Source: Candidatus Staskawiczbacteria bacterium (GTDB lineage: Bacteria; Patescibacteriota; Minisyncoccia; Minisyncoccales; Staskawiczbacteraceae). From it: a stretch of 64,000 nt of DNA. Location of the stretch: positions 370 to 64,369 of the forward strand of contig JAPLYZ010000007.1 of the NCBI GenBank assembly GCA_026395295.1, in the 5' to 3' direction. Shown here piece after piece: positions 1-9,637 of this stretch; positions within the stretch are counted from its first letter, which is position 1, and the number at the start of each line of letters is the position of its first letter. Under the pieces are notes generated by a model, which saw nothing but the letters and a program-made list of their open reading frames with translations, was not told the origin of the DNA and did no database searches. The position numbers were made by a program, and so were the translations under genes.

Positions 1-411
1 CGGTATAGCGTTCAACGCTTCATTGTTGCACACCAATATAGACTCTGCTTTGCTGTGCCCCAAGATAAAAATCGGATCGTGTCTAAAAAGCCACTGCCCC
101 AAAGACCTAAAATTTTCCAAAATATGACTCTTGAGAGAAAACCCTTGGAGAAAATTTTTAGGAACGCGATGAGCTCCTCCCCCGGGACCCCTGACATATG
201 CCACGGGCAACAAAGCTCCTATGTAGCTTGCCATCCAATCGTTGGCGTAGGTAACGTGGTGGAATATGTCGAAATGAACTTGTTTATGAAGTTTTTTAGC
301 AACAAAGTATGCTTTTATTACAATATTCCAACCTAAAACACCTTCACCTCCGTCACCGAATCTTCTGTCGGGGTCTTTGAGACATGAATATGCGCAGACT
401 AATAATTTCAT
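1..411 (-). CDS. Glycosyltransferase (GT-B, group-1/GT4-like), N-terminal part; gene runs off the left edge
   Basis: Absent from the ORF track because it has no stop in the window. Minus-strand translation from ATG 411..409 reads MKLLVCAYSCLKDPDRRFGDGGEGVLGWNIV...FDIFHHVTYANDWMASYIGALLPVAYVRGPGGG, a typical group-1 GT N-terminus. Its ATG overlaps the TGA of the upstream gene (ATGA at 408..411). Confidence 0.6.
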   Translation of the reverse strand, partial: MKLLVCAYSCLKDPDRRFGDGGEGVLGWNIVIKAYFVAKKLHKQVHFDIFHHVTYANDWMASYIGALLPVAYVRGPGGGAHRVPKNFLQGFSLKSHILENFRSLGQWLFRHDPIFILGHSKAESILVCNNEALNAIP

Positions 412-1610
412 TTTTTATTGTTTTTTAAATTCATAAGTATTGGCTCTAGTTTATCCACTATATTTTCCCAGCGATACTCTTTCTTTATTAACGCTAAAGA
501 GTTTCTTGATAACCTCTGGCTCAATTCGGGATTATTCAGCAAACCAATAACGCTATTGGAAAAATCCTTCTCGTTGTTGGCTATAATTAAATGTTCTTTA
601 TCAATTACTTTAATGCCCCTGCACCCAACGCTGGTTGAAACAATCGGGATGCCGCTGGCCATTGCTTCAAAAACTTTTAATTTTGTTCCCGCTCCAAAAC
701 GATAAGGTGCCACAAAAACTTTTCCCATTCTATAGTAATCTCCGATGTTCTCTACTGTGCCGGTTACGCGAACTCCTGGTGCTAAACCAAGATTTTTAAC
801 CTCGGCAACAGGATCAGACCCCACTATCCAAAGCTCGGCATCATTAATTTGCTCTTTAATTTTTGTAAAAATAGAACTAACAAACCAAACTGCAGAGTCG
901 ATATTCCTGCGTATATTCATTCCGCCTGACAATATTATATAGTTGCGGTTGTTCTTTGAAATATCGGCCGGATAATATTTTTTTTCGTCAACGCCATTAG
1001 GGACCACCCATACTTTTTTATTCGTTTGTTTGCGGGTAAATTTGGCCTCTTCTTCAGAAACACATAAAATAACGTCAACCTTAGAAAAAATTTTCTTATG
1101 AAACCTTTTTAATTTTATTAAATTGATAACAGAAAAAATTTTTTCTTTCAACCCGCCTTCGTGCAGATAATCTTCGTAAACCAATTCCTCACACTCAGGA
1201 TGGTCCAATAAAACCGACGTGTTGCCGACTGCGCCATCAAAAAGTATGTTTCCCAGAACCGATAGATTCACCCATATTAGGTCGAACTTTTGCAAAGACA
1301 ATGCATTGCTAAAACTTCTCTTCAATGAATCTGTGTAAAAATTTAAAACAGGATACGGCTGGAGAGAGAATAATGATCTTACTGCAGACCCAAAAGATCC
1401 CCTGTTATCTAATTCAAAAAACCGCACTTCTTTACAGACACTTTTCAACGGATTATCAGGCATTATTTTAGGGTTCTTATCTTTACTGCCCGCCAACAAA
1501 ATAATTTCATGCCCTCTGCCCGAAAGTTCTCTCAATAAATTAAATATTCTTACTGATGTGCCTCCATATATCGGCCAGGGCACATAAGGCGAAACCATTA
1601 AAATTTTCAT
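408..1610 (-). CDS. GT4-family glycosyltransferase
   Basis: 400-aa ORF. N-terminus MKILMVSPYVPWPIYGGTSVRIFNLLRELSGRGHEI; C-terminal GT4-type segment FGAGTKLKVFEAMASGIPIVST. Confidence 0.8.
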   Translation of the reverse strand: MKILMVSPYVPWPIYGGTSVRIFNLLRELSGRGHEIILLAGSKDKNPKIMPDNPLKSVCKEVRFFELDNRGSFGSAVRSLFSLQPYPVLNFYTDSLKRSFSNALSLQKFDLIWVNLSVLGNILFDGAVGNTSVLLDHPECEELVYEDYLHEGGLKEKIFSVINLIKLKRFHKKIFSKVDVILCVSEEEAKFTRKQTNKKVWVVPNGVDEKKYYPADISKNNRNYIILSGGMNIRRNIDSAVWFVSSIFTKIKEQINDAELWIVGSDPVAEVKNLGLAPGVRVTGTVENIGDYYRMGKVFVAPYRFGAGTKLKVFEAMASGIPIVSTSVGCRGIKVIDKEHLIIANNEKDFSNSVIGLLNNPELSQRLSRNSLALIKKEYRWENIVDKLEPILMNLKNNKK

Positions 1611-1615
1611 TTTTT

Positions 1616-3532
1616 TTACAGCTTAGAATTGGACTTAGGTATTAATTTGATTATCTGTCCTACCGGATCCACATTGCTAACCAATTCATAAATCGCGTCC
1701 CTTGACCTGTCTCCAAAAACTTTTTTGTCTTCTGCCGGCAGGTTCATTAACTTCTCAATGCAAACAGCCAATTCATTAACATCTCCAACTGGAAATACAA
1801 ACCCATTGTACTCATTTTTAACCAAGTCTACAATAGAACCAACCTTATCAGAAGCTATAACAGGAAGCCCAAAACACATAGCCTCATTTACTGCCAGCGG
1901 CAAAGCGTCTTTTTTAGACGGCATCACAAAAGCATCTGCCATCGCATAAAAATTGAAAACCGAATCTCTTTGCTGAAACCCAACCATTTTAACATTATGA
2001 AGATTCGATCTATCAATTGTTTGCTCAACTTTTTTACGTATAGGACCATCGCCAACTATAAATAATTTTTTGTTTTCGCTAGCAATCTTGCCATATGCCT
2101 CCAAAAGCGCGATCGGGGATTTTTCCACAGACAGCCGGCCAACATACAAAATGACGAAATCATCTTCTTTCACGCCAAAGGACCTTCTTATACTCTTTCT
2201 CTCTGCCTTCATCTTTTCCCCTTTTTCAAGCAAGTTTTCATATCCCCAAGAAAAAGGCATTTTTAAAATTTTCTCTGGTTTGGCTCCGTAATAAAGATAC
2301 ATTTGCCTGTTTGCCTCTCCTGCCGCCAAAAATCCCGAAGTTCTTTTGAATAAAAACTTAAGCAATATCTGTTTCGCTAATCTTTTTAAAAATACATCCT
2401 GGTGCTCGGACAGGATATTGTTATCTGTCATAAATATAACTGGCGTATTAGACTTTAAGCAAGCATAGAATGCCAACCACCACGTCAAATCATTCCATGC
2501 ATAAAGTATAACCGCATCAAATTTCCCATTTTTTATTTCCTTCAGAACGCCTAAATTTATCAAACCAAGTGGCGAGATAAGATAGGAGGGCATTGGCGAA
2601 TAGTTTTTTATAAATTTATACTTGTAACCTTGCAACAGGTCATTTTTAGGAGTTATATCAGACTTTGTTTTATACCTTTTTTTGACATCAATACCATCTA
2701 TTGTTTCTTTCGAACAGTAATAAACAGTCAAATCTATTTCCGAAGAGAGAGCTATTTTTTTGTAAAATGGAGCAATATAATACAAAGGCGCCGGAGATAC
2801 AATTGCAATTTTATTTTTTTGGGATAATTTTTTACCTTTTTTTATGCACACTATTTCCCAATTATAATAACCAAAAATCGGAATTTTTATATTTCGCGCC
2901 AGTCTCATAAAAAAACTGCTGGCAAATATATTTTTTTCGGCCCCTATTTTTTTCAATATAAAATTAATGACGGAACGATATGTAAGCGTCTTCCTATTTT
3001 CTATAACCTCTAAATTATATTTTCTTAAGACGTCTAAAAGCTGACTTTCTTTTGTGTACTCTCTCAAGTGTGTCGGGTCCAGCGCCCACCTGCCGTTGCA
3101 TTTATAAAAGTACCAGCCGTACCATTTTTTAAAGACAGTTGAAAGATAAACAATGCCATTTTCTGACAACATCCTGCAAACTTCTTTAACCAAATCCTCA
3201 TCACTTTCTACGTGCTCTATAAGCTGAACTGATGAAATAAAATTAACACTATCGCTTCCCAAGCTTTTTACGTTGCAGGCGTCTTCGACAGAACATATAA
3301 TATCTTTATTTATCTTCTTAACCAGTTCTATTCTGTTCCTTGAAAGATCAACTGCATAAACTTTTTTTCCTTTCAAATAACCTTTTTTGTTCAACGCGTA
3401 TAAAAGCGAACCATCTCCACACCCTAAATCTAAAAAGGTATCCGGACTCGCCTTATCAAAATACTCTAAAAATAGCTTCGGCGCCCGATCCATATAAAAC
3501 TGTCTGTATTTTGCGTATTCTTCAATGTCCAT
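1616..3532 (-). CDS. Bifunctional class I SAM-methyltransferase / GT4 glycosyltransferase fusion
   Basis: 638-aa ORF. N-terminal MTase motif I FLDLGCGDGSLLYAL with YAVDLS; C-terminal GT4 signature PSKKDALPLAVNEAMCFGLPVIAS. Confidence 0.75.
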   Translation of the reverse strand: MDIEEYAKYRQFYMDRAPKLFLEYFDKASPDTFLDLGCGDGSLLYALNKKGYLKGKKVYAVDLSRNRIELVKKINKDIICSVEDACNVKSLGSDSVNFISSVQLIEHVESDEDLVKEVCRMLSENGIVYLSTVFKKWYGWYFYKCNGRWALDPTHLREYTKESQLLDVLRKYNLEVIENRKTLTYRSVINFILKKIGAEKNIFASSFFMRLARNIKIPIFGYYNWEIVCIKKGKKLSQKNKIAIVSPAPLYYIAPFYKKIALSSEIDLTVYYCSKETIDGIDVKKRYKTKSDITPKNDLLQGYKYKFIKNYSPMPSYLISPLGLINLGVLKEIKNGKFDAVILYAWNDLTWWLAFYACLKSNTPVIFMTDNNILSEHQDVFLKRLAKQILLKFLFKRTSGFLAAGEANRQMYLYYGAKPEKILKMPFSWGYENLLEKGEKMKAERKSIRRSFGVKEDDFVILYVGRLSVEKSPIALLEAYGKIASENKKLFIVGDGPIRKKVEQTIDRSNLHNVKMVGFQQRDSVFNFYAMADAFVMPSKKDALPLAVNEAMCFGLPVIASDKVGSIVDLVKNEYNGFVFPVGDVNELAVCIEKLMNLPAEDKKVFGDRSRDAIYELVSNVDPVGQIIKLIPKSNSKL

Positions 3533-3535
3533 ATC

Positions 3536-4684
3536 TTAAGCCGTAAAATCGTTAACTATTTTTATTATACTTTTCTTAAAATTTTCAATAGAAAATTTAT
3601 GGCTAACCTCTGCCAGCCGTACGCGTAAATTTTCCTGCGCGTTAGTGTCGCATAAGACGGCTTCAATCTTCTTGACCGCATCATTGATGTTATCATAAAT
3701 TAGGGCTGAATCATTTACTATTTCTGTTTGACCGCCGCCGTTCGGAGCAAAAACAATGCAACCAGCGTTAACCATTTCGGCAACTGCAATGCCAAACGGC
3801 TCGTTGCTTCGGCCGGAAATGCCGTATTTATATCTTGCAATAAAATTCAGTTTATCTTGCCCGTACATAGGACCTTCGAAAAAACACCAATCTTTATTAT
3901 TCCCGCAAATCTTTTGAACTTTTTTTGCATAATCTGGGTCGTCAATTTTACCTATGATATGCAAATTAACACTCGGTCTTGTTTTCCTGACTTCTTTTAC
4001 TATTTCTATTATTTTTTCTACCTGTTTTTCAGGAGATATTCTGCCAAGACACACAAAATCTTCTTTTTTTTCCATCCAAGCAATGTATTGACAATCGCCC
4101 GCTATACAAGGATAAATAACCCCCGATTTAATTTTGTAAAATTCTTCTATAATTTGTTTCGTCCAACAAGAGTTCGATATTGTGATATTTTTCTTCCACC
4201 CATCTTCATAAGTCCCAGATAAATTCTCGGCAAGTTTTAGGTAACATTTTCTTAAGAATGATTTTTCATAAAGCCACTTCCGAGCTTTATTCGGCTCAGG
4301 ATCATACATTCTCCGCAATTCATCATTAAAAGATAAATCCGCAATAAATTGAATCCCTTTTTTGCCAAAATCCATAACATTGTATGTTGAAATCACAATG
4401 TCAAAATCAGAGGCTACTTTTTTGGCAAATCTTGCCAACCTATACGACCTCAACGCATCAAATCTATTCTTAAATAATCTTGGCGCTTTGATCTCTACAG
4501 TTTTGATTTCGCCCTCTTTAATATCAGTGCCATAATATTCATTAAGCTTCCCTAAATCGGCCTTGTCTCCACTAATCAAAGAGAGATCATAGTCTTTTTT
4601 CAACACCTCTGCAACCCAAAGAGCCACGGACTCAGAGCCGCCCAACTTTAATTGTGGATGAATAATAGCTATTTTTTTTCTCAT
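3536..4684 (-). CDS. GT4-family glycosyltransferase
   Basis: 382-aa ORF. C-terminal GRSNEPFGIAVAEMVNAGCIVFAPNGGGQTEIV is GT4-like. Only 3 nt separate it from the upstream gene. Confidence 0.7.
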   Translation of the reverse strand: MRKKIAIIHPQLKLGGSESVALWVAEVLKKDYDLSLISGDKADLGKLNEYYGTDIKEGEIKTVEIKAPRLFKNRFDALRSYRLARFAKKVASDFDIVISTYNVMDFGKKGIQFIADLSFNDELRRMYDPEPNKARKWLYEKSFLRKCYLKLAENLSGTYEDGWKKNITISNSCWTKQIIEEFYKIKSGVIYPCIAGDCQYIAWMEKKEDFVCLGRISPEKQVEKIIEIVKEVRKTRPSVNLHIIGKIDDPDYAKKVQKICGNNKDWCFFEGPMYGQDKLNFIARYKYGISGRSNEPFGIAVAEMVNAGCIVFAPNGGGQTEIVNDSALIYDNINDAVKKIEAVLCDTNAQENLRVRLAEVSHKFSIENFKKSIIKIVNDFTA

Positions 4685-4716
4685 TATATTAATTCAACAA
4701 ATTATGCATTTAAAAA

Positions 4717-5499
4717 TTATCTGCCTGCGTAAAGCAAAGAATAATTCCCGGGCTTTATCATAACCTTAAATCCGTTATTTTCTAAAAATTCGACCAAACT
4801 GCGAACGTTATCGTTCTCATCACTATCGTGGTATTCCATGCTTATTTTTTTTATAATGCCTAATGTTTTTTTAGAACAATTAAATAAAATTTTATACTCT
4901 GAGCCTTCGCAATCCATTTTTAGAAAATCTATCCTAAAAATATTATTTCCTCTAACGAAATCATCCAAAGAAATTGTATCGACCATAATCTTTTTTAACT
5001 GCGACCGTCCGCCAAAATTAAAAAAAGAATGCACTCCATGATTATTCTCATCCAAAAAAATAGTTGCCTGACCGGTTGTATCCAAAACAGCTTTATTTAT
5101 AGGAAAAACATTTTTAATTTTATTTATTTCTATATTTTCCCTAAGCATCATAAAATTTTCCGGAGTTGGCTCGAAAGAAAATATTTTTCCATTTTTTGCA
5201 AGCCTCGCGGCAAAAATAGAGAACACACCTATGTGAGCTCCTATGTCTACCACCGTGTCTTCTTCTTTTATCTCAAATCCTTGCGGAGTGTAGCACCTAT
5301 GAGTATAAATCTCATCTATTATACCCCTATCTTTTGAACCAGAACGTACTTTGTATTTAGCGCCACCCCTAAGGCGATAAATTATATATTTGTTTTTAAC
5401 CAGACCAAAATGGTCGGCAAAATAGGTAAAAAAATTCTCAAAGCTTTTAACTTCGTTAATAGCGGTTCTTGCTTTAGATATGATTTTTTTTATAAACAT
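4717..5499 (-). CDS. FkbM-family methyltransferase
   Basis: 260-aa ORF with VVDIGAHIGVFS, FSFEPTPENF and IDFLKMDCEGSEYKIL, the usual FkbM pattern. Confidence 0.75.
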   Translation of the reverse strand: MFIKKIISKARTAINEVKSFENFFTYFADHFGLVKNKYIIYRLRGGAKYKVRSGSKDRGIIDEIYTHRCYTPQGFEIKEEDTVVDIGAHIGVFSIFAARLAKNGKIFSFEPTPENFMMLRENIEINKIKNVFPINKAVLDTTGQATIFLDENNHGVHSFFNFGGRSQLKKIMVDTISLDDFVRGNNIFRIDFLKMDCEGSEYKILFNCSKKTLGIIKKISMEYHDSDENDNVRSLVEFLENNGFKVMIKPGNYSLLYAGR

Positions 5500-5506
5500 T
5501 TTTTTA

Positions 5507-6823
5507 TTATTTTTTACTTATTTTTCCAATTACCTCCAAAAAACGCCTGCTCGCATCATATCTTGTTTCAATGTAGTCGTTGTTAAATCCAACTTTGAAT
5601 TCTTCTGCGTCAGGAGCTTTGGCTATTTTTTCAAGATATTGCGCTACTTCTTCGACAGTTTTAAATGACTTATTGCAGGCTCCAAGTTTCTCGAAATTGT
5701 CCACATAAGCCGGATAATTCATAAGTTGCAAAGAAATTTTCGACCTTATAGCCGCCTCCACCAATGAAGTTGAAGAAAAACTTATAAATATATCTGCTTT
5801 GTCTAATGTATTCTCCAATTTCTCCTTCTCCGGAGTAAATCGTATGTTCGGCAGTTTTTTCATTAGAAATCCTCTGTCTTCGGCATAATGGTGTCTGTAA
5901 ATAAACTTTATGTTCAATTTTTTGCAAATTTCAGAAAGATAGTTTATGGTTCCCAATTTCACTTTCAGTAACTCTTTGTTGTGTCTTTGTAGGTCTTGAC
6001 CTAAATAACAAACAACAAGAGCGCTCTTATTCGCCAGACTGCCACCTTTCTTTTCAATTGTATGAGGATAACCCAAAACATAAACATTCTCCGGTTTCCT
6101 CATATTTTTAGTCAAGCAAATTTCTTTAAAATAATTTCCCCAAACTAAAACATACTCTGCTGTCTTAAAATCAAGCACGGGGTTGGGCATATTATGTATC
6201 GCGTGCTGAATCACCAAAACAGGAATGCCTAACTTCCTCCCTATCATTACAATCGCCCGTTCAATCGGAAATACATCGTATGTTAGGACGATATAATCAG
6301 GCTTTACAATCATCAGCCTCTCTTCAATTTTAAAAACTAACCGTCTAAGATATTTTATGTCTTTATTTTCCAAATAAAAAATGACCAACTGCTCTAAATC
6401 ATTAGTCTGTATATAACCCGTTAAATTAAGAATGGCGAACAATCTGTCTTTCTTGCCTTGAGCAATTAATCTTGTTTGGTAATGTTTTTTAGCCTCAGAA
6501 ATAATATGAAAATACTTTGACTCTTCAAACAAAATTTTCTTTTTCCCATCTTTTTTTAGCCTACTATACAATTTTAAAAAATTTTTATCTAAAAAATCGA
6601 GCAATATTCTATATCTATTATAATTCTCAATATGGCGTTTTTGCCCCTCAATAAAAGAACTCTCGTTAATATCTTTAGCCCACTTTATCTTCTTGTATGT
6701 GTTCAGATAATCAAGTATCAAAAAATCGGCAACATCTTTATCGCTCCAAAGATCGAAGTTGTTAAATCCTAATTTTTCGTAATATTGTAAATCAAAAATG
6801 TTATTTTCTTCCGCTTTTTCCAT
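5507..6823 (-). CDS. Hypothetical protein, tandem paralog A (C-terminal half looks GT-B/Rossmann-like)
   Basis: 438-aa ORF, collinear with the neighbouring 447-aa ORF (YYEKLGFNNFDLWSDKDVADFLILDYLNTY vs YYKKLGFNKPESWNSDDLSQFLIWDFLNAY; ENVYVLGYP; IFISFSSTSLVEAAIRSKISLQL vs IFVGYSSTALVEAAMRKKIVLQL). I recognise no family. Confidence 0.5.
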   Translation of the reverse strand: MEKAEENNIFDLQYYEKLGFNNFDLWSDKDVADFLILDYLNTYKKIKWAKDINESSFIEGQKRHIENYNRYRILLDFLDKNFLKLYSRLKKDGKKKILFEESKYFHIISEAKKHYQTRLIAQGKKDRLFAILNLTGYIQTNDLEQLVIFYLENKDIKYLRRLVFKIEERLMIVKPDYIVLTYDVFPIERAIVMIGRKLGIPVLVIQHAIHNMPNPVLDFKTAEYVLVWGNYFKEICLTKNMRKPENVYVLGYPHTIEKKGGSLANKSALVVCYLGQDLQRHNKELLKVKLGTINYLSEICKKLNIKFIYRHHYAEDRGFLMKKLPNIRFTPEKEKLENTLDKADIFISFSSTSLVEAAIRSKISLQLMNYPAYVDNFEKLGACNKSFKTVEEVAQYLEKIAKAPDAEEFKVGFNNDYIETRYDASRRFLEVIGKISKK

Positions 6824-8144
6824 ATTTTTTTTCTTCTATCTCGCTTATTATCCCTAAAAAACGATTGCCCGGGGTATCTCTTGTTTCCACATAATCATTA
6901 TTAAACTTTAATGCCGATTCCTTCAAGTAAGGGCTTTCGACCATCTTCGTCAAATAACTTTCCAGCTCATTGATACTTTTAGACGATTTATCGCAAACTC
7001 CCAGCTCCTCCAAATTATCCAGCTCTATGGGCAAATCCATAAGTTGCAAAACAATTTTCTTCCTCATTGCAGCCTCAACTAACGCGGTCGACGAATAACC
7101 AACAAAAATATCTGCTCTGCTGAACGTTTCTTCAATTCTTTCGTTCTTTTTAGTAAATTCCACCCCCGACAAATTATTTTCCATAGCCACCCTGTCTTCC
7201 CCCCATGGATGAGGACGATAAATAAATTTAAGCCCCAAATTTTTACATATTAAAGAAAGTCTTTTCACTGTTTCTATTTTAATCTTTAAAAAATTTTTAT
7301 TAAACCTCTCGAAATCCTGGGCCAGATAACAGACCACATAATTTCTTTTTTTATCGGTCTTGTTTTCTTGGTTTTTTGGAGAATATGGATAACCCAAAAC
7401 ATAAACATTTTCCGGCTCTCTTATATTATTATCAACGTATAAATCTTTAAAATGCTTGCCCCAAACTAAGATATAATCTGCTGATTTTCCGCCCATCAGT
7501 GGCTCTAATAAGGGTCCATATTTCATGGATAAAATTCCGTCTTGTATTTCCATGGTAGTAATGCCAAGTTTTCTGGCCACCAGCACAATCGCTTTTTCAA
7601 CCGGGAGCAAATCATTTTTCAGTATTATATAATCAGGCTTAATAATCTTTAACCTTTTCTCCACAAGCTCTATCAACCTATAAAGATATTTTAAATTTCT
7701 TTCTTTTAAATAGTGAAACACATTTCTATTCAATTCGTTCGTATTCATATATCCGGAAAAATCCTTTCTGATGAACAACCTGTCTCTTTTCCCTTGGTCA
7801 ATCAATCCTATCTGATAATTCTTGCCGGTTTCAGATATAACAGAAGGACATCTTGAATTTTGGAACAAAACTTTTTTTTTGCTCTGCTTGCCATTAAACA
7901 ACACCTGCAATCTAAATATAGCCTCATCCAAAAAATCAAAAAACATCTGACTCGCGCTGTTTTTCTCTGCCAAATATTTGCTATCGGCAATAAATGATTC
8001 CGGTATATCTTTTCCCATAACGGTATTACTGTACGCATTCAAAAAATCCCAAATTAAAAATTGAGATAAATCATCACTGTTCCATGACTCGGGCTTGTTA
8101 AATCCTAATTTTTTATAGTAAGAATAGTTTCTGACTAAATTCAT
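6801..8144 (-). CDS. Hypothetical protein, tandem paralog B
   Basis: 447-aa ORF. Full-length similarity to 5507..6823; overlaps it by 23 nt. Confidence 0.5.
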   Translation of the reverse strand: MNLVRNYSYYKKLGFNKPESWNSDDLSQFLIWDFLNAYSNTVMGKDIPESFIADSKYLAEKNSASQMFFDFLDEAIFRLQVLFNGKQSKKKVLFQNSRCPSVISETGKNYQIGLIDQGKRDRLFIRKDFSGYMNTNELNRNVFHYLKERNLKYLYRLIELVEKRLKIIKPDYIILKNDLLPVEKAIVLVARKLGITTMEIQDGILSMKYGPLLEPLMGGKSADYILVWGKHFKDLYVDNNIREPENVYVLGYPYSPKNQENKTDKKRNYVVCYLAQDFERFNKNFLKIKIETVKRLSLICKNLGLKFIYRPHPWGEDRVAMENNLSGVEFTKKNERIEETFSRADIFVGYSSTALVEAAMRKKIVLQLMDLPIELDNLEELGVCDKSSKSINELESYLTKMVESPYLKESALKFNNDYVETRDTPGNRFLGIISEIEEKKYGKSGRK

Positions 8145-8194
8145 TTGGTTTTAAGTCTAGTAAAAATTGCTTATTGTTGATAATATAATTATAT

Positions 8195-9637
8195 ATGTCT
8201 TACAAAAAATTTACAAAAGATGTTGGAATTTTAAGCTTGACCCAAGTCATAGCTGCTTTAAGCGGAATTATCACTTTGCCCATTATAACAAAACTTTTGG
8301 GCGTAGAAAATTATGGAATCTGGATACAATTGTTGGTGACCTTGGGGCTGGTATCTTCCATCGCCATTATAAACCTTCCGTACACTTTGGTCAGGTTTCT
8401 CCCGGGAGAAAAAAACAAAGAAGAAATCCAAGATGGAATTTGGTCTGTATTTATTATGGTGTTTGTTATTCTTATAGTTATTTCCGCTTTGTTAATATTT
8501 TTTTCCGGCGTTATTTCTCTGTTCTTAGGATGCACTCAAAATTTTGTTTTAATTCTGTCTCTGATAATAATATTTGAATGTTTAAACCAGATATTTTACA
8601 ATACTTTCAGGGCATTCCAAGAAATCAAAAAATACTGCTTTTTCACAATTTCCCAAACCATAGGACAAGCAGTGTTAATACTCTCAGCAATAATTTTAGG
8701 ATATGGATTGCTGGGAGCCGTCCTGTCTCTCTTGCTGATAAGAATCATCATATTCCTAATAGCAGGCGCCATGGTCATCAAAAAAGTTGGTGTTAAAATT
8801 CCCAAATTTTTGAGGATAAAAGAATACTTGTCTTTTTGCCTGCCGCTTATTCCAGCAGACACTTCTTCGTGGATCATCCAATCAAGCGATAAATATTTTA
8901 TAGGATTATTCTTGGGAACAATTTTTGTCGGATATTACGCGCCGGCCTATACGCTCGGATCTTTCATCGCCTTTTTTATAATGCCGCTGGGATTTTTATT
9001 GCCGGCCACGCTTTCAAAGCATTATGATGAAAACAAAATAGACGAAGTAAAAGTGTATTTGAAATATTCCTTAAAATATTTTTTAATGATCGCCATACCC
9101 GCGTTCTTCGGACTTTCTGCTTTATCAAGACCTCTTTTATCAACATTTTCCACTCCGGAAATTGCTCAGCATTCGTATCTTGTTGTTCCACTGGTGGCAT
9201 TGGGCATGCTGTTGTCTGGGATCTACGCAATCACTAATCAAATTATTATTTTAAAAAAGAAAACGAAAATAAGTGGGGCTATTTGGATTGTGGCTGCTTT
9301 TTTAAATTTTGGCCTAAACTTTATATTTGTCCCGCTCTTCGGAATTCTAGGGGCGGCGCTTACCACCCTTTTAGCTTACGCCATTATTACTGTTCTAAAT
9401 TGGCGCTACTCTTTCAAAGAACTCAAATTTGATATCGACTGGCAGTTTATTCTTAAAAGCCTTTTTGCTTCACTTTTAATGGCTCTATTTGTTTTTTGGC
9501 TAAAACCTGTCGGGCTATACAAGAATATATATGCTATCATTTCCGGAGTATTAATTTATGGAATTTTAATCTTTTCATTAAGAGGATTTTCCAAACAAGA
9601 GTTTCAATTATTTAAAAATATTACAAAAAATAGTTAA
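8195..9637 (+). CDS. Polysaccharide/oligosaccharide flippase (MOP/Wzx-like)
   Basis: 480-aa ORF, hydrophobic throughout with many predicted helices, sitting inside the glycan locus. ATG at 8195. It is the only plus-strand gene in the first 22 kb. Confidence 0.7.
   Translation: MSYKKFTKDVGILSLTQVIAALSGIITLPIITKLLGVENYGIWIQLLVTLGLVSSIAIINLPYTLVRFLPGEKNKEEIQDGIWSVFIMVFVILIVISALLIFFSGVISLFLGCTQNFVLILSLIIIFECLNQIFYNTFRAFQEIKKYCFFTISQTIGQAVLILSAIILGYGLLGAVLSLLLIRIIIFLIAGAMVIKKVGVKIPKFLRIKEYLSFCLPLIPADTSSWIIQSSDKYFIGLFLGTIFVGYYAPAYTLGSFIAFFIMPLGFLLPATLSKHYDENKIDEVKVYLKYSLKYFLMIAIPAFFGLSALSRPLLSTFSTPEIAQHSYLVVPLVALGMLLSGIYAITNQIIILKKKTKISGAIWIVAAFLNFGLNFIFVPLFGILGAALTTLLAYAIITVLNWRYSFKELKFDIDWQFILKSLFASLLMALFVFWLKPVGLYKNIYAIISGVLIYGILIFSLRGFSKQEFQLFKNITKNS

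Noticed and set aside
3728-4222. Long antisense or overlapping ORFs in the track (e.g. 3728..4222 +, 5029..5337 +, 8167..8577 +, 21603..22016 +, 35682..36071 +, 39696..40097 +, 40686..41159 +, 47755..48123 +, 50660..50944 -)
   Set aside because: Each lies entirely inside a longer ORF with clear family motifs on the other strand or frame. Their low-complexity, F/I/L/S-rich translations are typical of shadow ORFs in AT-rich DNA.
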